Assembly: GCA_019828565.1 (NCBI GenBank)
Contig: JAHDYR010000012.1
Location: forward strand, 1,233,680-1,297,679
Length of the DNA: 64,000 bases
From: Carpediemonas membranifera BICM
Taxonomy: Eukaryota > Protista > Fornicata
Reading direction: 5' to 3'
Below are positions 11,134 through 21,579 of this stretch, piece after piece. Under the pieces are notes generated by a model. It did not search any database. It worked only from the letters and a program-made list of their open reading frames with translations, and was not told the origin of the DNA. The translations under genes were made by a program, and so were the position numbers. Every line of letters starts with the position of its first letter. The stretch's first letter is position 1.

Positions 11134-11268
11134 TGTAGTGTGAGCTCAGTTTGCATAAAGGTTTACCGATAACTAGTTGTCTCTCACCTGGAGTCGCGCA
11201 GGGTGACTCCACGACTCTCGCACTTTAAGGCCATCTTGAGTCGGGCTGCTCCGGCTACACCTACGACA
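11134..11268. mobile_element. 135-bp solo LTR of a second family
   Basis: TGT...ACA ends; 5-bp TSD CTTCA (11129-11133, 11269-11273); removal restores the SDR frame. Confidence 0.85.
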
Positions 11269-11649
11269 CTTCACCATCGACGTCGACCTCAAGTTCGTCT
11301 TCCTCGTGACCCGCGCCTTCGGCAACATCATGAAGAAGCACAACTACGGCCGCATCATCAACATCGCCTCCATGTACGGCATGGTGGGCAACACTGCCAT
11401 CGACACTGTCGCCTACCACGCCTCCAAGGGTGGTGTCATTAACTTCACCCGCGCCGCCGCCGCCGAGCTCGCCAAGTACAACATCACGTGCAACGCCATC
11501 TGCCCCGGCTACTTCGCCACCGAGCTGACCCAGTCAACCCTCGACACCGAGGCTTTCCAGACCTACATGAAGGGTACTGTGCCCCTCAGCCGCTACGGCG
11601 CTGAGGGCGAGCTCAACCCTGACGCTGCTATTCGAAGAATTCGAGTAAT

Positions 11650-12240
11650 TTACTTGGCATAAGTGAGGATCTCCTTGCGGGCCTTCTCCATAGCCGCGTC
11701 GGCTGTGGCCTTGTCGATGTTAAGACCCTCGACGAGGACGAAGTCGGCGGGGATGCCGATGAGGCCCAGCGCGTTCTTGACGACGGGAACGACGGTGTCG
11801 GTGCCATTGGCCGCGTGGAAACCGCCGCGAGTGGAGATGCAGAGGGCGCGGGTGTTCTTGATGAGGCCCTCGGGGCCCTCCGCGCTGTAACGGAAGGTTA
11901 CACCAGCACGCTGGATGAAATCGATGTAGTTCTTGAGCTGTGTGGGGATGTTGAAGTTGTACCTGCGTTAGTTGCTGGGGATGACCACTCACATGGGGGC
12001 GGCGACGACGACGAGATCGACATCCTGGAGCTCGGCGATGAACTCGTTGGAAAGCTTCTGAATGTCACTGTCGGGTGTGTTGAGGGCACCAAGAGCGGCG
12101 ATATCAAGCACGGGGACAGGGTCGGCGGCAAGGTCGCGGATCTTGACCTCGGCGTTGGTGTTCTCGACGAAATAGTCGATTAGTTTGGAAGAAAAGGAGT
12201 TGTCTCCAACAATAGAGCTCTTAAGGGCGAGGACCTTCAT
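11650..12240 (-). CDS. azoR: FMN-dependent NADH:quinone oxidoreductase/azoreductase, two exons
   Basis: MKVLALKSS..S.S, RDLA, spliced AAPMYNFNIPTQLKNYID..RAGVTFRYSAEGPEGL, STRGG. Confidence 0.9.
11963..11992 (-). other. 30-nt spliceosomal intron
   Basis: GTGAGT...ACTAACGCAG; contains an in-frame TGA and splicing restores PMYNF. Confidence 0.9.
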
Positions 12241-12248
12241 TGGTTTGT

Positions 12249-12413
12249 GCTTGTGTTGCGTGTGTGCAGGCTGAGCGTAAGCTGCGCAGGGCAGTCATCG
12301 GGCAGTGTTCAAGAATTGCGAATGGGGCCCATGATTGCCTGGATGGCAGCTCTCGCGCGCGCTGCGCATGGAATATGGTATTGACAGCGGTTTTTGGGTC
12401 TCCCATCGTTGAG
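12249..12413 (-). repeat. ~160-bp inverted repeat arm B; immediate upstream region of azoR
   Basis: Matches 5931-6092 and ends 8 nt before the azoR ATG. Confidence 0.93.
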
Positions 12414-12813
12414 GTTTTGTGCGAAAACAGGCGGGGGAGCCTTTATGAGCCGAAGAGACGAAGAGCGACTTTACTTGACTTGACTCTAAAATCACATCGT
12501 CGTCATAAGAAACCGTTGCGGCCAAGGAGGGCGGGCAGCAGGACGCCAGGTGCATGAGCAGCGACTGTCTGGACCGGCCGGCCATCCAGCCTCCAAGGTC
12601 GCCCGACTCCCCATCAGGTGTGCCTGAAGAGGGGTCATTCTCATGTCGGGTCGCGAAAGCCAGCAGCTCGACTCTTCTGCCGCACTGACACGTCGAAGCT
12701 TCTCGCGGGCACTGTGTGAATCTGTCAGTGGGATATGGCGACGGCATAACTTGCACCTCAGGGCCTCAGCAAACAGACGCCCGCACGACTCATAATGAAC
12801 CGGCACATTTACA

Positions 12814-15012
12814 CTAGATGGCAGCGCTAAACTGCACGAGCCTGGCCTTGACCTCCTTTGCCGCCTCGGCCCCCTGCCCGATGGCGAGCAACAGGTGCGC
12901 CACCCGACGCTGGAGCTGCGTCTGCCCGTCTGCCCCGGAGTGGCTCCAGAGCGCATCGATACAGTCCGTTACGGCAGCCACCATCACGGGCACAGACTCC
13001 TGCACAGCGGGGTGCAGCTTAGCCATCGTCTGGCCGAACGACGCAGGGGCGGGGCCGGCGCCGGTTGGGAGGATCGCGAGGTCATCGAGGACGGCGAGCG
13101 CGGCCATGCACTCGCTCCGGGTGATCTTCGTCAGGGCGTCGAGGATGGCGAGCATCGTCAGCGTCCCGGCCCGGGCCTGCGCCTCGGCGGCGGTCAGTTG
13201 GGTACTCCGCGCCCGTTCGACGCATGTAGTCGCCAGGCGCTTGGCCTCGACCCGCTCAGGGCCGTCGATTGCGAGCACGCCGAAGATGATACGGCTTAAC
13301 AGATCGAAGGCGCCGACCCAGTGGCCGGCCGCCTCGAAGGCCCGAACAGCGTCAGCAGGGCGGCTGTCGGTCATGCGCTCACCGGCACCAACGAGGACGC
13401 GGCGGCAGACGTCGCGAGGTAGGGCCTTGGCGGTGGTGGTGAAGGCCTTGCGGTCGGCCTGCGGGGCTGACCACGCGGCGATGAACAACTCGGGCTTGGG
13501 TGATTGGGCGATCAGGGTGGCGCCGTACCGCGCCTTGTCGTCCATGGCCTCCAGGAACCGGAAGTACTCGACAGCCGCCTCGGCGTTGAGCGGCGCCAGC
13601 TGGGACCCGAGACGGGCGAGGAGCTCGGCAAGGTCGACCCCAGCCCCATCAGCACACGCGACACGACCAGCGCCCTGCCCCGTCTTTAGCAGGTTCCAGT
13701 GGGCCAGCACGACGGCGATGTGGGCGGCGTCGGGGACGGTGGCGGGGTTCTCCGCGAGTGAGATGACCGCCCGCTCGAACTGGAGGGTGCACAGCAGGAT
13801 GTGGTGCCAGAGTCTGGCCGACTTCGACCCAGCCGTGAAGTATGACTCGCCGTACCGGTCGAAGTACGCCCGCAGCTTCTCCAGCTCGGACACGATGTCG
13901 GTGCGGTCGAGTGCGGCGAGGCGAACCCAGATGTGGTCCGAGAGCGTGGGGGCGACCGACGTCTGGCTGAACTTGGGGTCGATGCGGCCCAGGATGGCGT
14001 AGACGGCCTTCTTGTACGGGTCCTGGCACCCCGCCCCGAAGGTCGACCACTCGGTGACGAGGGCCTCGTTGAGCTCAGCCCACCCGCCACTGCGGCAGAC
14101 GGACTCGGCGGCCTCGACGAGAGTGGTGGACACGCGGGACTTCTGGGAGCGGAGGAACGCGACACACTCCTTGGTCGCGCCGCAGCGGAGGAGGAGGTAG
14201 GCATGGACCCACGTGGCCTCGCCGCCGCTGACCTCGACGCCTTGGGGCAGCTTCAAGGTCGAGATGTACTCTGAGACGATCTCGTCGACGCCCGTGCTGC
14301 CTGACCCTACCAGGCCTCTGACAGCCGACCGCATGTGGAGCATGAAGTGGTGCTCCAGGGACCCACGGACGGCGCGGGTCAGCTCGGCCATGGAGTGGGC
14401 GTTCAGGCCGGGGGTGGACCTGCGCTCGGTATTCTCACAGACGGCCCGGACGACGGACCACAGTTGGGCGACGTCGGCCCCGCCAGCAGCCCGGAGGAGG
14501 GCGGGGAGGTCGTCGGGGTTAGCCGTCTTGCGGATGGTGTCGGAGTAGCGGACAAGGCGGTCGCGTGAGGGCTTGTCCGCGGTGATGGCGGAGGCGGAGG
14601 AGGTAGGGACTCGTCTGCTCGTGTTGGCCGAGATGAAGCGGCCGATGATGGAGAGGCACTTGTCCTCGGAGTCAGCCCATGCAACATCGGAAACTTCGTT
14701 CGCCCGCTCCATGAACATGTCGCGACAGACGCTAAATGTGTCGTTGATGACGTCCTCGAATATGAGGGATTGGTTGGCCACGAGGCTCTGGTCCAGGGAT
14801 GTGATCCGCTCAGAGGGAACACCGATAGTGGAAGAAACAAGCTTATGCATGGCCTCTTCGCGTGTACGATCCATCTCGTCGAGATGAATGCCCTTGGATG
14901 CAAGGAACATCTTCCCGTCCTCTACGGAACCATCTGCAGCTGCCTCCATTGCAATACTACGAGAGAGAGACAGAATGTCATTAAGAGACCTCTTGATATT
15001 GAACGGGTCCAT
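12814..15012 (-). CDS. NUP93: Nucleoporin Nup93/Nic96
   Basis: WVHAYLLLRCG, DPYKKAVYAILGR, DHIWVRL, QFERAV, DAAHIA motifs in the expected order. Confidence 0.88.
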   Translation of the reverse strand: MDPFNIKRSLNDILSLSRSIAMEAAADGSVEDGKMFLASKGIHLDEMDRTREEAMHKLVSSTIGVPSERITSLDQSLVANQSLIFEDVINDTFSVCRDMFMERANEVSDVAWADSEDKCLSIIGRFISANTSRRVPTSSASAITADKPSRDRLVRYSDTIRKTANPDDLPALLRAAGGADVAQLWSVVRAVCENTERRSTPGLNAHSMAELTRAVRGSLEHHFMLHMRSAVRGLVGSGSTGVDEIVSEYISTLKLPQGVEVSGGEATWVHAYLLLRCGATKECVAFLRSQKSRVSTTLVEAAESVCRSGGWAELNEALVTEWSTFGAGCQDPYKKAVYAILGRIDPKFSQTSVAPTLSDHIWVRLAALDRTDIVSELEKLRAYFDRYGESYFTAGSKSARLWHHILLCTLQFERAVISLAENPATVPDAAHIAVVLAHWNLLKTGQGAGRVACADGAGVDLAELLARLGSQLAPLNAEAAVEYFRFLEAMDDKARYGATLIAQSPKPELFIAAWSAPQADRKAFTTTAKALPRDVCRRVLVGAGERMTDSRPADAVRAFEAAGHWVGAFDLLSRIIFGVLAIDGPERVEAKRLATTCVERARSTQLTAAEAQARAGTLTMLAILDALTKITRSECMAALAVLDDLAILPTGAGPAPASFGQTMAKLHPAVQESVPVMVAAVTDCIDALWSHSGADGQTQLQRRVAHLLLAIGQGAEAAKEVKARLVQFSAAI

Positions 15013-15160
15013 ATTTCTCGGCCTTGTACTTTTCGAAGCCTAAAACTGCGCGCAAGCCATGCCTGCCGTCAGAAAGCTTCTCGAACTCAGCTCGGCCGTC
15101 CGGCATCAACACCGCCTGACCAGATCCAGACCGATTTCAAAACCGATCATCCAGGCGACG

Positions 15161-15823
15161 ATGCCAGTGGACTACAGCACGGCATCGTACTGGGATATGC
15201 GGTACCTCAACGATCAGGCGGATAAGCAAGAGTGGCTCATCACGCCCGAGGCGCTCGACGAGCACCTGGTTCCACTACTTTCACAAGAAAGTGAAATTCT
15301 GGTCATTGGATGCGGGAACTCGGAGCTTTCAGCGTACCTGTACAACCAAGGGTACATGAACATCACCAATGTTGACTTTTCAGCCGTCGTGATAGCCGAG
15401 ATGCGGGAGCGCTATGTGAACCTCCCCTCGATGGCCCACCACGTCATGAACATCGCCCGCCTGGACTTCTCCGACGAGGAGTTCGACGTGGTCATCGACA
15501 AGGGGACCACTGACAGCATCTTCTGTGGCGGTGACTCGTTTATCCGGGCGAACGCCGTGTTCCAGGAGGTCCACCGCGTCCTCAAGCCCGATGGGCTCTA
15601 CTACATGGTCTCACACGCGGGACCAGACCGCCGCAGAGAGCATCTGGGCCGCGGGATACCGTGGAAGAGCCGTCTGCACCGTGTGATCGAGCACAGGTCC
15701 CAAGCAGTTCACCTGTACGCCTCGAGGAAGGGGCTGCCGCTCACCGAGCGGCAGCCCAGGGTGGAGGACGCCGATGTGTTCAGCGACTCGGTCGCCAGGG
15801 GACACAGGAGGGTGCCGCCATGA
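15161..15823 (+). CDS. Class I SAM-dependent methyltransferase (EEF1AKMT4/METTL13-N-like)
   Basis: YWDMRY, EW, ILVIGCGNS, NVDFS, FDVVIDKGTTD, EVHRVLKPDG; start inferred at MPVDY. Confidence 0.88.
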   Translation: MPVDYSTASYWDMRYLNDQADKQEWLITPEALDEHLVPLLSQESEILVIGCGNSELSAYLYNQGYMNITNVDFSAVVIAEMRERYVNLPSMAHHVMNIARLDFSDEEFDVVIDKGTTDSIFCGGDSFIRANAVFQEVHRVLKPDGLYYMVSHAGPDRRREHLGRGIPWKSRLHRVIEHRSQAVHLYASRKGLPLTERQPRVEDADVFSDSVARGHRRVPP

Positions 15824-16009
15824 GTGTGGCCGACCCTTCATGAGCGGACAAGCTGCCGTGCGAGTCCCCAGTTATATTGGCTGTTTTCTCCACATGTTTC
15901 CACCAAGGTCACGGCCTAGTACCCGCGTATACCGGCCATTGTGCGATAAATAGCGACACACGGGCGAGGAGGGGATCCTGTGAGTGTACACAGATTATAC
16001 GAAGTCCAG

Positions 16010-16558
16010 ATGCCAAGCATCAAACTGGAGAAAGCGAGCGCCTTGAAGCATTTGAATCAAGCGCGCAATGAGTACGGCCAGGCAGACGAGCGGCTATATG
16101 CCAATCCATCCGCATGGCCCACTGTATCGAGCATTCGGACCAATTCGAGCCCAGCAGTCAGTCTGAGAGCGACTCTCAGTACCCCTAAGGTGGAATCACG
16201 TAGTAGCACCCCTGTATTTGCCACTCCGCAGCCACGGAGTGCTCTGAGGCCGGCAATGTTCACTCCAGCGACCGGGCGAAAGAAGGAGGTCAAGGACATG
16301 GACGAGGTCCTTTCCATGCTCCGGAGCACGAATATCGGCCCCTCTACAGCCACTGCAAAGCGCTCACCGCAGCGTATCCCGGCCTCGACCCGCGCCCTGA
16401 CCGATATCCTTGAGGGGAGCCAGCTGCTCCTCAAGAGCATCAACGAGGGCAGACGGGCAGATGCGGCGCCATACAGGCCTATGTATAAGCCGGCTCATGC
16501 CAGTGGGAACTACGGCGAGTCTTTGGCGAGATGCGCAGAATTGCTCGGAATGGAGTGA
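16010..16558 (+). CDS. Hypothetical protein
   Basis: ATG ORF that fills intergenic space; no domain recognised. Confidence 0.55.
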   Translation: MPSIKLEKASALKHLNQARNEYGQADERLYANPSAWPTVSSIRTNSSPAVSLRATLSTPKVESRSSTPVFATPQPRSALRPAMFTPATGRKKEVKDMDEVLSMLRSTNIGPSTATAKRSPQRIPASTRALTDILEGSQLLLKSINEGRRADAAPYRPMYKPAHASGNYGESLARCAELLGME

Positions 16559-16679
16559 TGATGCGGCGGAAACTATGTCATAAAAAGATCCAGCTTCCCG
16601 CTTTTACAGGCGCTATGACTTAGAGTTAGGCTTTGCAGCAGGGAATAATCTTGACCGCTGCCGGATAATCGTTTGGCGC

Positions 16680-17079
16680 GTGTTGCGCAGTATAAACACA
16701 TTGTTCGAACCTCCAGACAGGGCCTGAAAGGAACGATCAAAGTGCCAAACTGCACAACATCATCCGTCCGTAGACGAATGTTGGCGGTTAGCCAATTGAT
16801 GATACTGGAATGATGTTGGAAGGCGTGGCGACCGAACTCCCGAGCCAACTGTTGGCCGCAGCGGGCGAAGTGCTTCTGGCGAACTATACAAGTGTAGAAG
16901 TGAATTTAATGTGGAATAGAAGACAATGAGACGACGTGTGCGATTGTGATGTTTGCAGCTGTGCTGACGTCCACGAAGAAGACGCTTTGTGGAAGCCCTG
17001 GAGAAGACGATCTCCCTACCGACTTAAGACGTGAGTAGGAGGGAGACAGGGCAGTGTTGCGCAGTATAAACACATTGTT
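16680..17079 (+). repeat. 26-bp direct repeat pair (16680-16705, 17054-17079)
   Basis: GTGTTGCGCAGTATAAACACATTGTT occurs twice. Confidence 0.9.
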
Positions 17080-17146
17080 GGACCCTTCAATAGCACAGCG
17101 CGAAAATCTTTAAAGTGCACGCCGTCTTCACCGCGCTCGTTCTCCC

Positions 17147-19879
17147 ATGAGTCGTGGTGAAATCCTCAATACCTTTCAGCAGTTCTACTCACCAAATGAA
17201 TCTATTCGAAACGCTGCTCAGGAGGCGATAGAACACTTTTCTCTTAACGAATCTTTCCCCATCAGTCTCATCGAGGTTCTTCTCGATCAGGGATGCGACC
17301 TAGCCCTCAGACAGTTTGCAGGAGTACTTTTGAAGCGGTATATTGAGCTGCACTGGTGCAAACTGGATCGTTGCTTCGTTGAACCCGAGACTTCTCCTGC
17401 GACGAAGCAGCTCGTGCGCCAGTCCATACTGACCGCCATAGTCGACCCAGTCAGCCGTATACAGACTGCAGCGAGTGTGGCTGTGGCCGGCATAGCCCGC
17501 TGGGACTGGCCCGACGAGTGGCCCGACCTCATCTCCACGCTGGCCGCCATGCTGCAGAACGGCGACAGTGCGCACGTCACAGGCGTCATCAGGTGTCTGG
17601 ACGTGATCATGGCGGACATCAGCGACATCCAGGTGCGCCACGTGCTCAACAGTTTCCACGACCCCCTCCGGGAGATCTTCATGGCGCCGGGCACGCCGTC
17701 CGACGTCAAGGCGCGCATCATACGAATCATGGGGAACCTGCTCGAGGTCATGGCCGCCTTCCTCGCCGTCTACGACGACATGGAGCGTGTTATCTCCACG
17801 GTCTTGTCTGCCTGGACCCCCCTAATCTGCGGGATCTTGTGCCAGCCTGACCTCGCAGACACCGCACCTGGCGCCAGTGCTGCCCGCGCCAGTCTCATGA
17901 TCGCGGCGCTGGAATCTGAGTGCCCCGATGTCGTCATCCAGCCCCTTGCCGACATCTTCCGGGCCTGCGTGGCCGGGCTCGAGGCCGTCACCCGCCCCTA
18001 CACGGGCCTTGTTGACGACGGTATGACCCAGCTGTACGACAACGAAGGCGTGTCCGTGGGCCCGTCCGCCGTTGTCGGCGAGACGCTCGCCCTCATCCTC
18101 GACTGCTTCGCCCGACCCTCGATCGGGCCGGCCGTGTACCCCGAGCTGGGCCGTGTGCTGCAGGCGATCCCGTGGTTTATCCAGTACTCCGACGAGGATG
18201 AGGACGAGGGCATCGTCGGGCTGGTCACTCCCAGTGCCTCTGTTCGCGGATTAGCTCTCGATCTTCTACTCGATCTTGTAGATATGGAGGATAATCTCCC
18301 GATCGCCAAGCTCGTGGATGACGTTGTGACCACTGCCAACCAGCTCAACAACTGGCGCCTGGCCGAGGCCGGGCTGCAGGTCGCCGCCGTCACCGAGACC
18401 CCCGTTCCCATGGCCACCCTCGAAGCCCTCATGGCCGAGTCGAACCCGCCCGTGCTCAGAGGCACCGCGCTGCAGGCCCTGTCGGTTGTCGACAGCGACT
18501 CCACTGTTGCAGTGGCGCTCAGCTGGCTGTCGTCGGCCAACCAGGTCCTGGCCGCCAACGGCCTCATCGTGCTGTCGTCCGTCGCTGACGGCCTGCCCTC
18601 CCGGACGATACAGGCCATCGCCCCGACCGCCATCCCGGCGCTGCTGCAGTCGCCCGTCTCAGTGCTGTTCCCGACGGGTATGTTCGCCGTCCTCAAGGCC
18701 ATCGGACGGGCATCGCCCCGGGACATGTTCGAGAACGCCTCCACCATCGTCCCCATGCTCCTCGACGCCGTGGTGGCCGATGGCGACCCGGCCCTTCTCG
18801 AGGGGCTCGTCGGCCTGGCGAACTTGGCGGCCCACTCTCCCGGGGGCATCGGCGTGCTGACTTCTGTGGTCCCCGTGCTCGTGCCCGCCATCGCCCGGGA
18901 GTACGGCGAGGAGCAACAGTCCGCACCGGCCCTGGTGGTCGCCGAGGCCTTCCTCTCCGCCGAGGGCGAGTTGCCCCGCCAGGTCCTCGACGCCGTGCTG
19001 CCCGCGGTCCTCGTCCAGCTCGGCCGGCTCCGTCACGATATCCCGGCCATTGACGCAGCTGTGGCCGTCCTCATCCGGCTAGTGACCCGGTCGACCACGG
19101 CGTCCCTCCAGCCGCACTTCCCCTCCCTCGCGGCCGCCATACAGGCCATGATGGAGGCCGAGGGGAAAATCTCGGCCGCCGTGTGCCCGCTCGTGAACGC
19201 CCTGCTGGGCCACCACTTCGAGCTCACCAGGGATGTCTTCGTCCAGGCGCTGCTGCCGACCCTTGTCCGCTGCCTGGTGACACGGTCCGTCGGGACCCAG
19301 CGCCACGTCATGGTCGTCGCCCTCATCATCGTGCGGCACGGTGTCCAGGCGGCACTGGGCCTCCTCGGGAACGCCCTCGATCCTGTCTTGACCGCCTGGC
19401 TTAAAGGCCACGCCGACTTCAACGGCGACCTCGACCTCAAGATCTCCGCCACTGCTCTGTGCGCGTTGATCCAGGCGATGCCGTCAACCCCCGCTCTCCA
19501 GGTTGACCTGCCGACTCGTCTGAAGCCCACCACCGGCCGCATCATCACCAGGTCCCTCGCCCGACGCGGTGTCGCCCTCGAGACGTGGGAGCCCATGCCG
19601 TTCGTGGCGAAGGCCGTGCAGCTGCTGCTCGACGTCTACAGGGAGGAGCTCGAGCAGCTCGGCGGGGAGCTGGGCGAGCTCGACCAGGAGGACGGGGTGG
19701 CGGTCATCAGCCCCGAGGCCCGGGACCCGCTCGTTACCGACATGCCCCTCGCCAGGAAGAGCACCGGTGACGTCGTCAGGGAGGGTCTCGCTGTTGTCAT
19801 GGGGCCGGAGGTGCGGCACGCCTGCATGGGCGAGCTCACCGGCCAGGACCTTAAGCTGCTCGACACCGTCTGCGGATGA
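17147..19879 (+). CDS. IPO9: Importin-9-like karyopherin beta
   Basis: IBN_N-like LRQFAGVLLKRYIELHW, IARWDWPDEWPDL, C-terminal IITRS...W.PMPF.AKA.QLL. Confidence 0.85.
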   Translation: MSRGEILNTFQQFYSPNESIRNAAQEAIEHFSLNESFPISLIEVLLDQGCDLALRQFAGVLLKRYIELHWCKLDRCFVEPETSPATKQLVRQSILTAIVDPVSRIQTAASVAVAGIARWDWPDEWPDLISTLAAMLQNGDSAHVTGVIRCLDVIMADISDIQVRHVLNSFHDPLREIFMAPGTPSDVKARIIRIMGNLLEVMAAFLAVYDDMERVISTVLSAWTPLICGILCQPDLADTAPGASAARASLMIAALESECPDVVIQPLADIFRACVAGLEAVTRPYTGLVDDGMTQLYDNEGVSVGPSAVVGETLALILDCFARPSIGPAVYPELGRVLQAIPWFIQYSDEDEDEGIVGLVTPSASVRGLALDLLLDLVDMEDNLPIAKLVDDVVTTANQLNNWRLAEAGLQVAAVTETPVPMATLEALMAESNPPVLRGTALQALSVVDSDSTVAVALSWLSSANQVLAANGLIVLSSVADGLPSRTIQAIAPTAIPALLQSPVSVLFPTGMFAVLKAIGRASPRDMFENASTIVPMLLDAVVADGDPALLEGLVGLANLAAHSPGGIGVLTSVVPVLVPAIAREYGEEQQSAPALVVAEAFLSAEGELPRQVLDAVLPAVLVQLGRLRHDIPAIDAAVAVLIRLVTRSTTASLQPHFPSLAAAIQAMMEAEGKISAAVCPLVNALLGHHFELTRDVFVQALLPTLVRCLVTRSVGTQRHVMVVALIIVRHGVQAALGLLGNALDPVLTAWLKGHADFNGDLDLKISATALCALIQAMPSTPALQVDLPTRLKPTTGRIITRSLARRGVALETWEPMPFVAKAVQLLLDVYREELEQLGGELGELDQEDGVAVISPEARDPLVTDMPLARKSTGDVVREGLAVVMGPEVRHACMGELTGQDLKLLDTVCG

Positions 19880-19953
19880 CCAAGACGGGGGTGCTGTGTC
19901 GGTGGCCGGCTGGGCCTTGCTCGGCTGGTGTTGTAAATGTGCTTGTGTCCCCG

Positions 19954-21519
19954 GGTAAACTGGTTGTCACAGGTGGCGGGGTTGGGGCAGGATTTACGGT
20001 GGGGGAGGGACCTTAAATTCTTGCAGAGCATCGCGAAGAATGTGACGACTAATCCGCGCCTATAACGTGACGCCCGAGATTCAGAACCAGTGCACGGTCT
20101 TGACCGGTTGAATGCACCCCATGTTTCGCGTTTTGAGCGCCGTGAACAACGGCAACGAAGCAATCGTATCCGACGCCGCACAGCGCGAGGACTCGGAGAA
20201 CAGCAGCGCGGCGGATTCCGCAGACAGCGACAGGACGGAGCGCGAAGAGAGCGCAAGCTCGAGCGAGGGCAACAGCACCGAGCAAGACGATACAGACCAC
20301 GCGCGACCGCCCCCAGGAGGCTTCCCCGGCGTCAAGATCCTCATCGCGAGGAAGCTCACCGCCGTGAAGGAGTGCGCGCGGCTGCAGGGCCGGCTGCAGG
20401 GCTTCCTGGAGGTCCAGGCGCTCCTCGCCGAGTTCGGTCTGCTGCAAGACCCCGTGGCGCCCACGGCCTTCGAAAGGACCCTGCCGACGCGACTGGAGTT
20501 CGCAGCCATCCCCGTGGTGCCCGTAGAGGCGCACTCGAGGTCGCAGATGACCAGGATGCAGAACGCCAGGAAGAATGCGAAGCAGCGGATCCTCGCCGCG
20601 GAGATCAGCGTCGTCCAAGTTGAGACCCGCCGTCTCGAGGGGTGCATCGCACGCGCCGAGGCCCGCGTCAGGCAGGCCCTGGGCGCCCCGGTCAACGAGG
20701 TCTTGGAGCCCGCGCCCCAGCGGGCCGACGCACCCGTCAACGCAGCGCCGGCCTTCCGGGTCGTGCCGGTCACGGGCGAGACGGCCGAGCTGCGGGAGAC
20801 TAACTACACGCGGCACATCAGGAACCAGCGGCTGCAGGGCCAGGTGGAGGCGTTCGACGCCGTCCTCCGCGGGGAGCCGCTGGCCCCGGTCGACCCGGAC
20901 GAGCGCGGTATCGGCGAGAGGATGCGGCCCGAGAATGACGTGGCGATGACCGCGGGCGAGCGACAGGTCTTCCACAGGGAGTTCGTTCGGACGCTGGCGC
21001 AGGAGAACCGGTTGCTGTGGCAGGCGGCCCAGGGGATCCAGGCCGGGCTGGACGAGAAGCGCGAACGGGTCCGAGGCGAGGCGGCCAAGCGGAAGAGGCC
21101 GGGGAGCGGGGCCGGGAAGCGCTTCCACGACGATGACATTGCGCTTTCCTGCGTCTTCGTGCCGGACAGCGCGCCCCTCGACGTCCAGCTCGCCAAGACG
21201 CCCCCGGCCAAGCCGGATGAGAGGCCGCTCGTGCCGTGGACGGCGCTCTTCAAGGAGAACACCGCGCTGGCGTTTCGCAGCGACAGCCTACAAGAGGCCC
21301 TGCTCGTGCTGGGCGCGAGGCTGAGAGCCACCATCCCCCGGCAGGCGGCCCAACCCGCTGAGCCCGGGCCTGCGGGCGAGTACCGCCTGAGGCTCGTCCG
21401 GCCCGACACAGGAGATGGGGCCCTTCTCGAGCTCGACCTGGCCACGGACAGCGAGGACGGCGACGGGGCGGGGCGCGGGTAGCATTGGTAAAGCAGGCTT
21501 GGTGATGATGTCAGGTTGG
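19954..21519 (+). repeat. Copy 2 of 1566-bp duplicated cassette
   Basis: Inverted match to 618-2183. Confidence 0.95.
20112..21482 (+). CDS. Orphan 456-aa protein, identical to 655-2025
   Basis: Same translation as the copy 1 ORF. Confidence 0.7.
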   Translation: MHPMFRVLSAVNNGNEAIVSDAAQREDSENSSAADSADSDRTEREESASSSEGNSTEQDDTDHARPPPGGFPGVKILIARKLTAVKECARLQGRLQGFLEVQALLAEFGLLQDPVAPTAFERTLPTRLEFAAIPVVPVEAHSRSQMTRMQNARKNAKQRILAAEISVVQVETRRLEGCIARAEARVRQALGAPVNEVLEPAPQRADAPVNAAPAFRVVPVTGETAELRETNYTRHIRNQRLQGQVEAFDAVLRGEPLAPVDPDERGIGERMRPENDVAMTAGERQVFHREFVRTLAQENRLLWQAAQGIQAGLDEKRERVRGEAAKRKRPGSGAGKRFHDDDIALSCVFVPDSAPLDVQLAKTPPAKPDERPLVPWTALFKENTALAFRSDSLQEALLVLGARLRATIPRQAAQPAEPGPAGEYRLRLVRPDTGDGALLELDLATDSEDGDGAGRG

Positions 21520-21579
21520 GTCAGGCATTAAGACGCACAATTTATCCGGCAAAACTGCAAAAACATAAAATAAAATCGA

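Larger units (their letters stand above)
6381..11662 (+). pseudogene. Bacterial-type short-chain dehydrogenase/reductase disrupted by two LTR insertions, C-terminus truncated
   Basis: Removing both insertions gives MFDFTGQVVAVTGCSSGLG...VNNAG...WDFTIDVDLK...YHASKGG...AICPGYF; the usual final FLAS...VDGG segment is absent. Confidence 0.88.

Noticed and set aside
12381-12386. TTGACA as a bacterial -35 box
   Set aside because: It points away from azoR, has no matching -10 box and the context is eukaryotic.
16870-16905. Partial resemblance to the U2 snRNA 5' end (GCTTCT..CAAGTGTAG)
   Set aside because: The branch-pairing GTAGTA reads GTAGAA, stem I cannot form and no clear Sm site follows.
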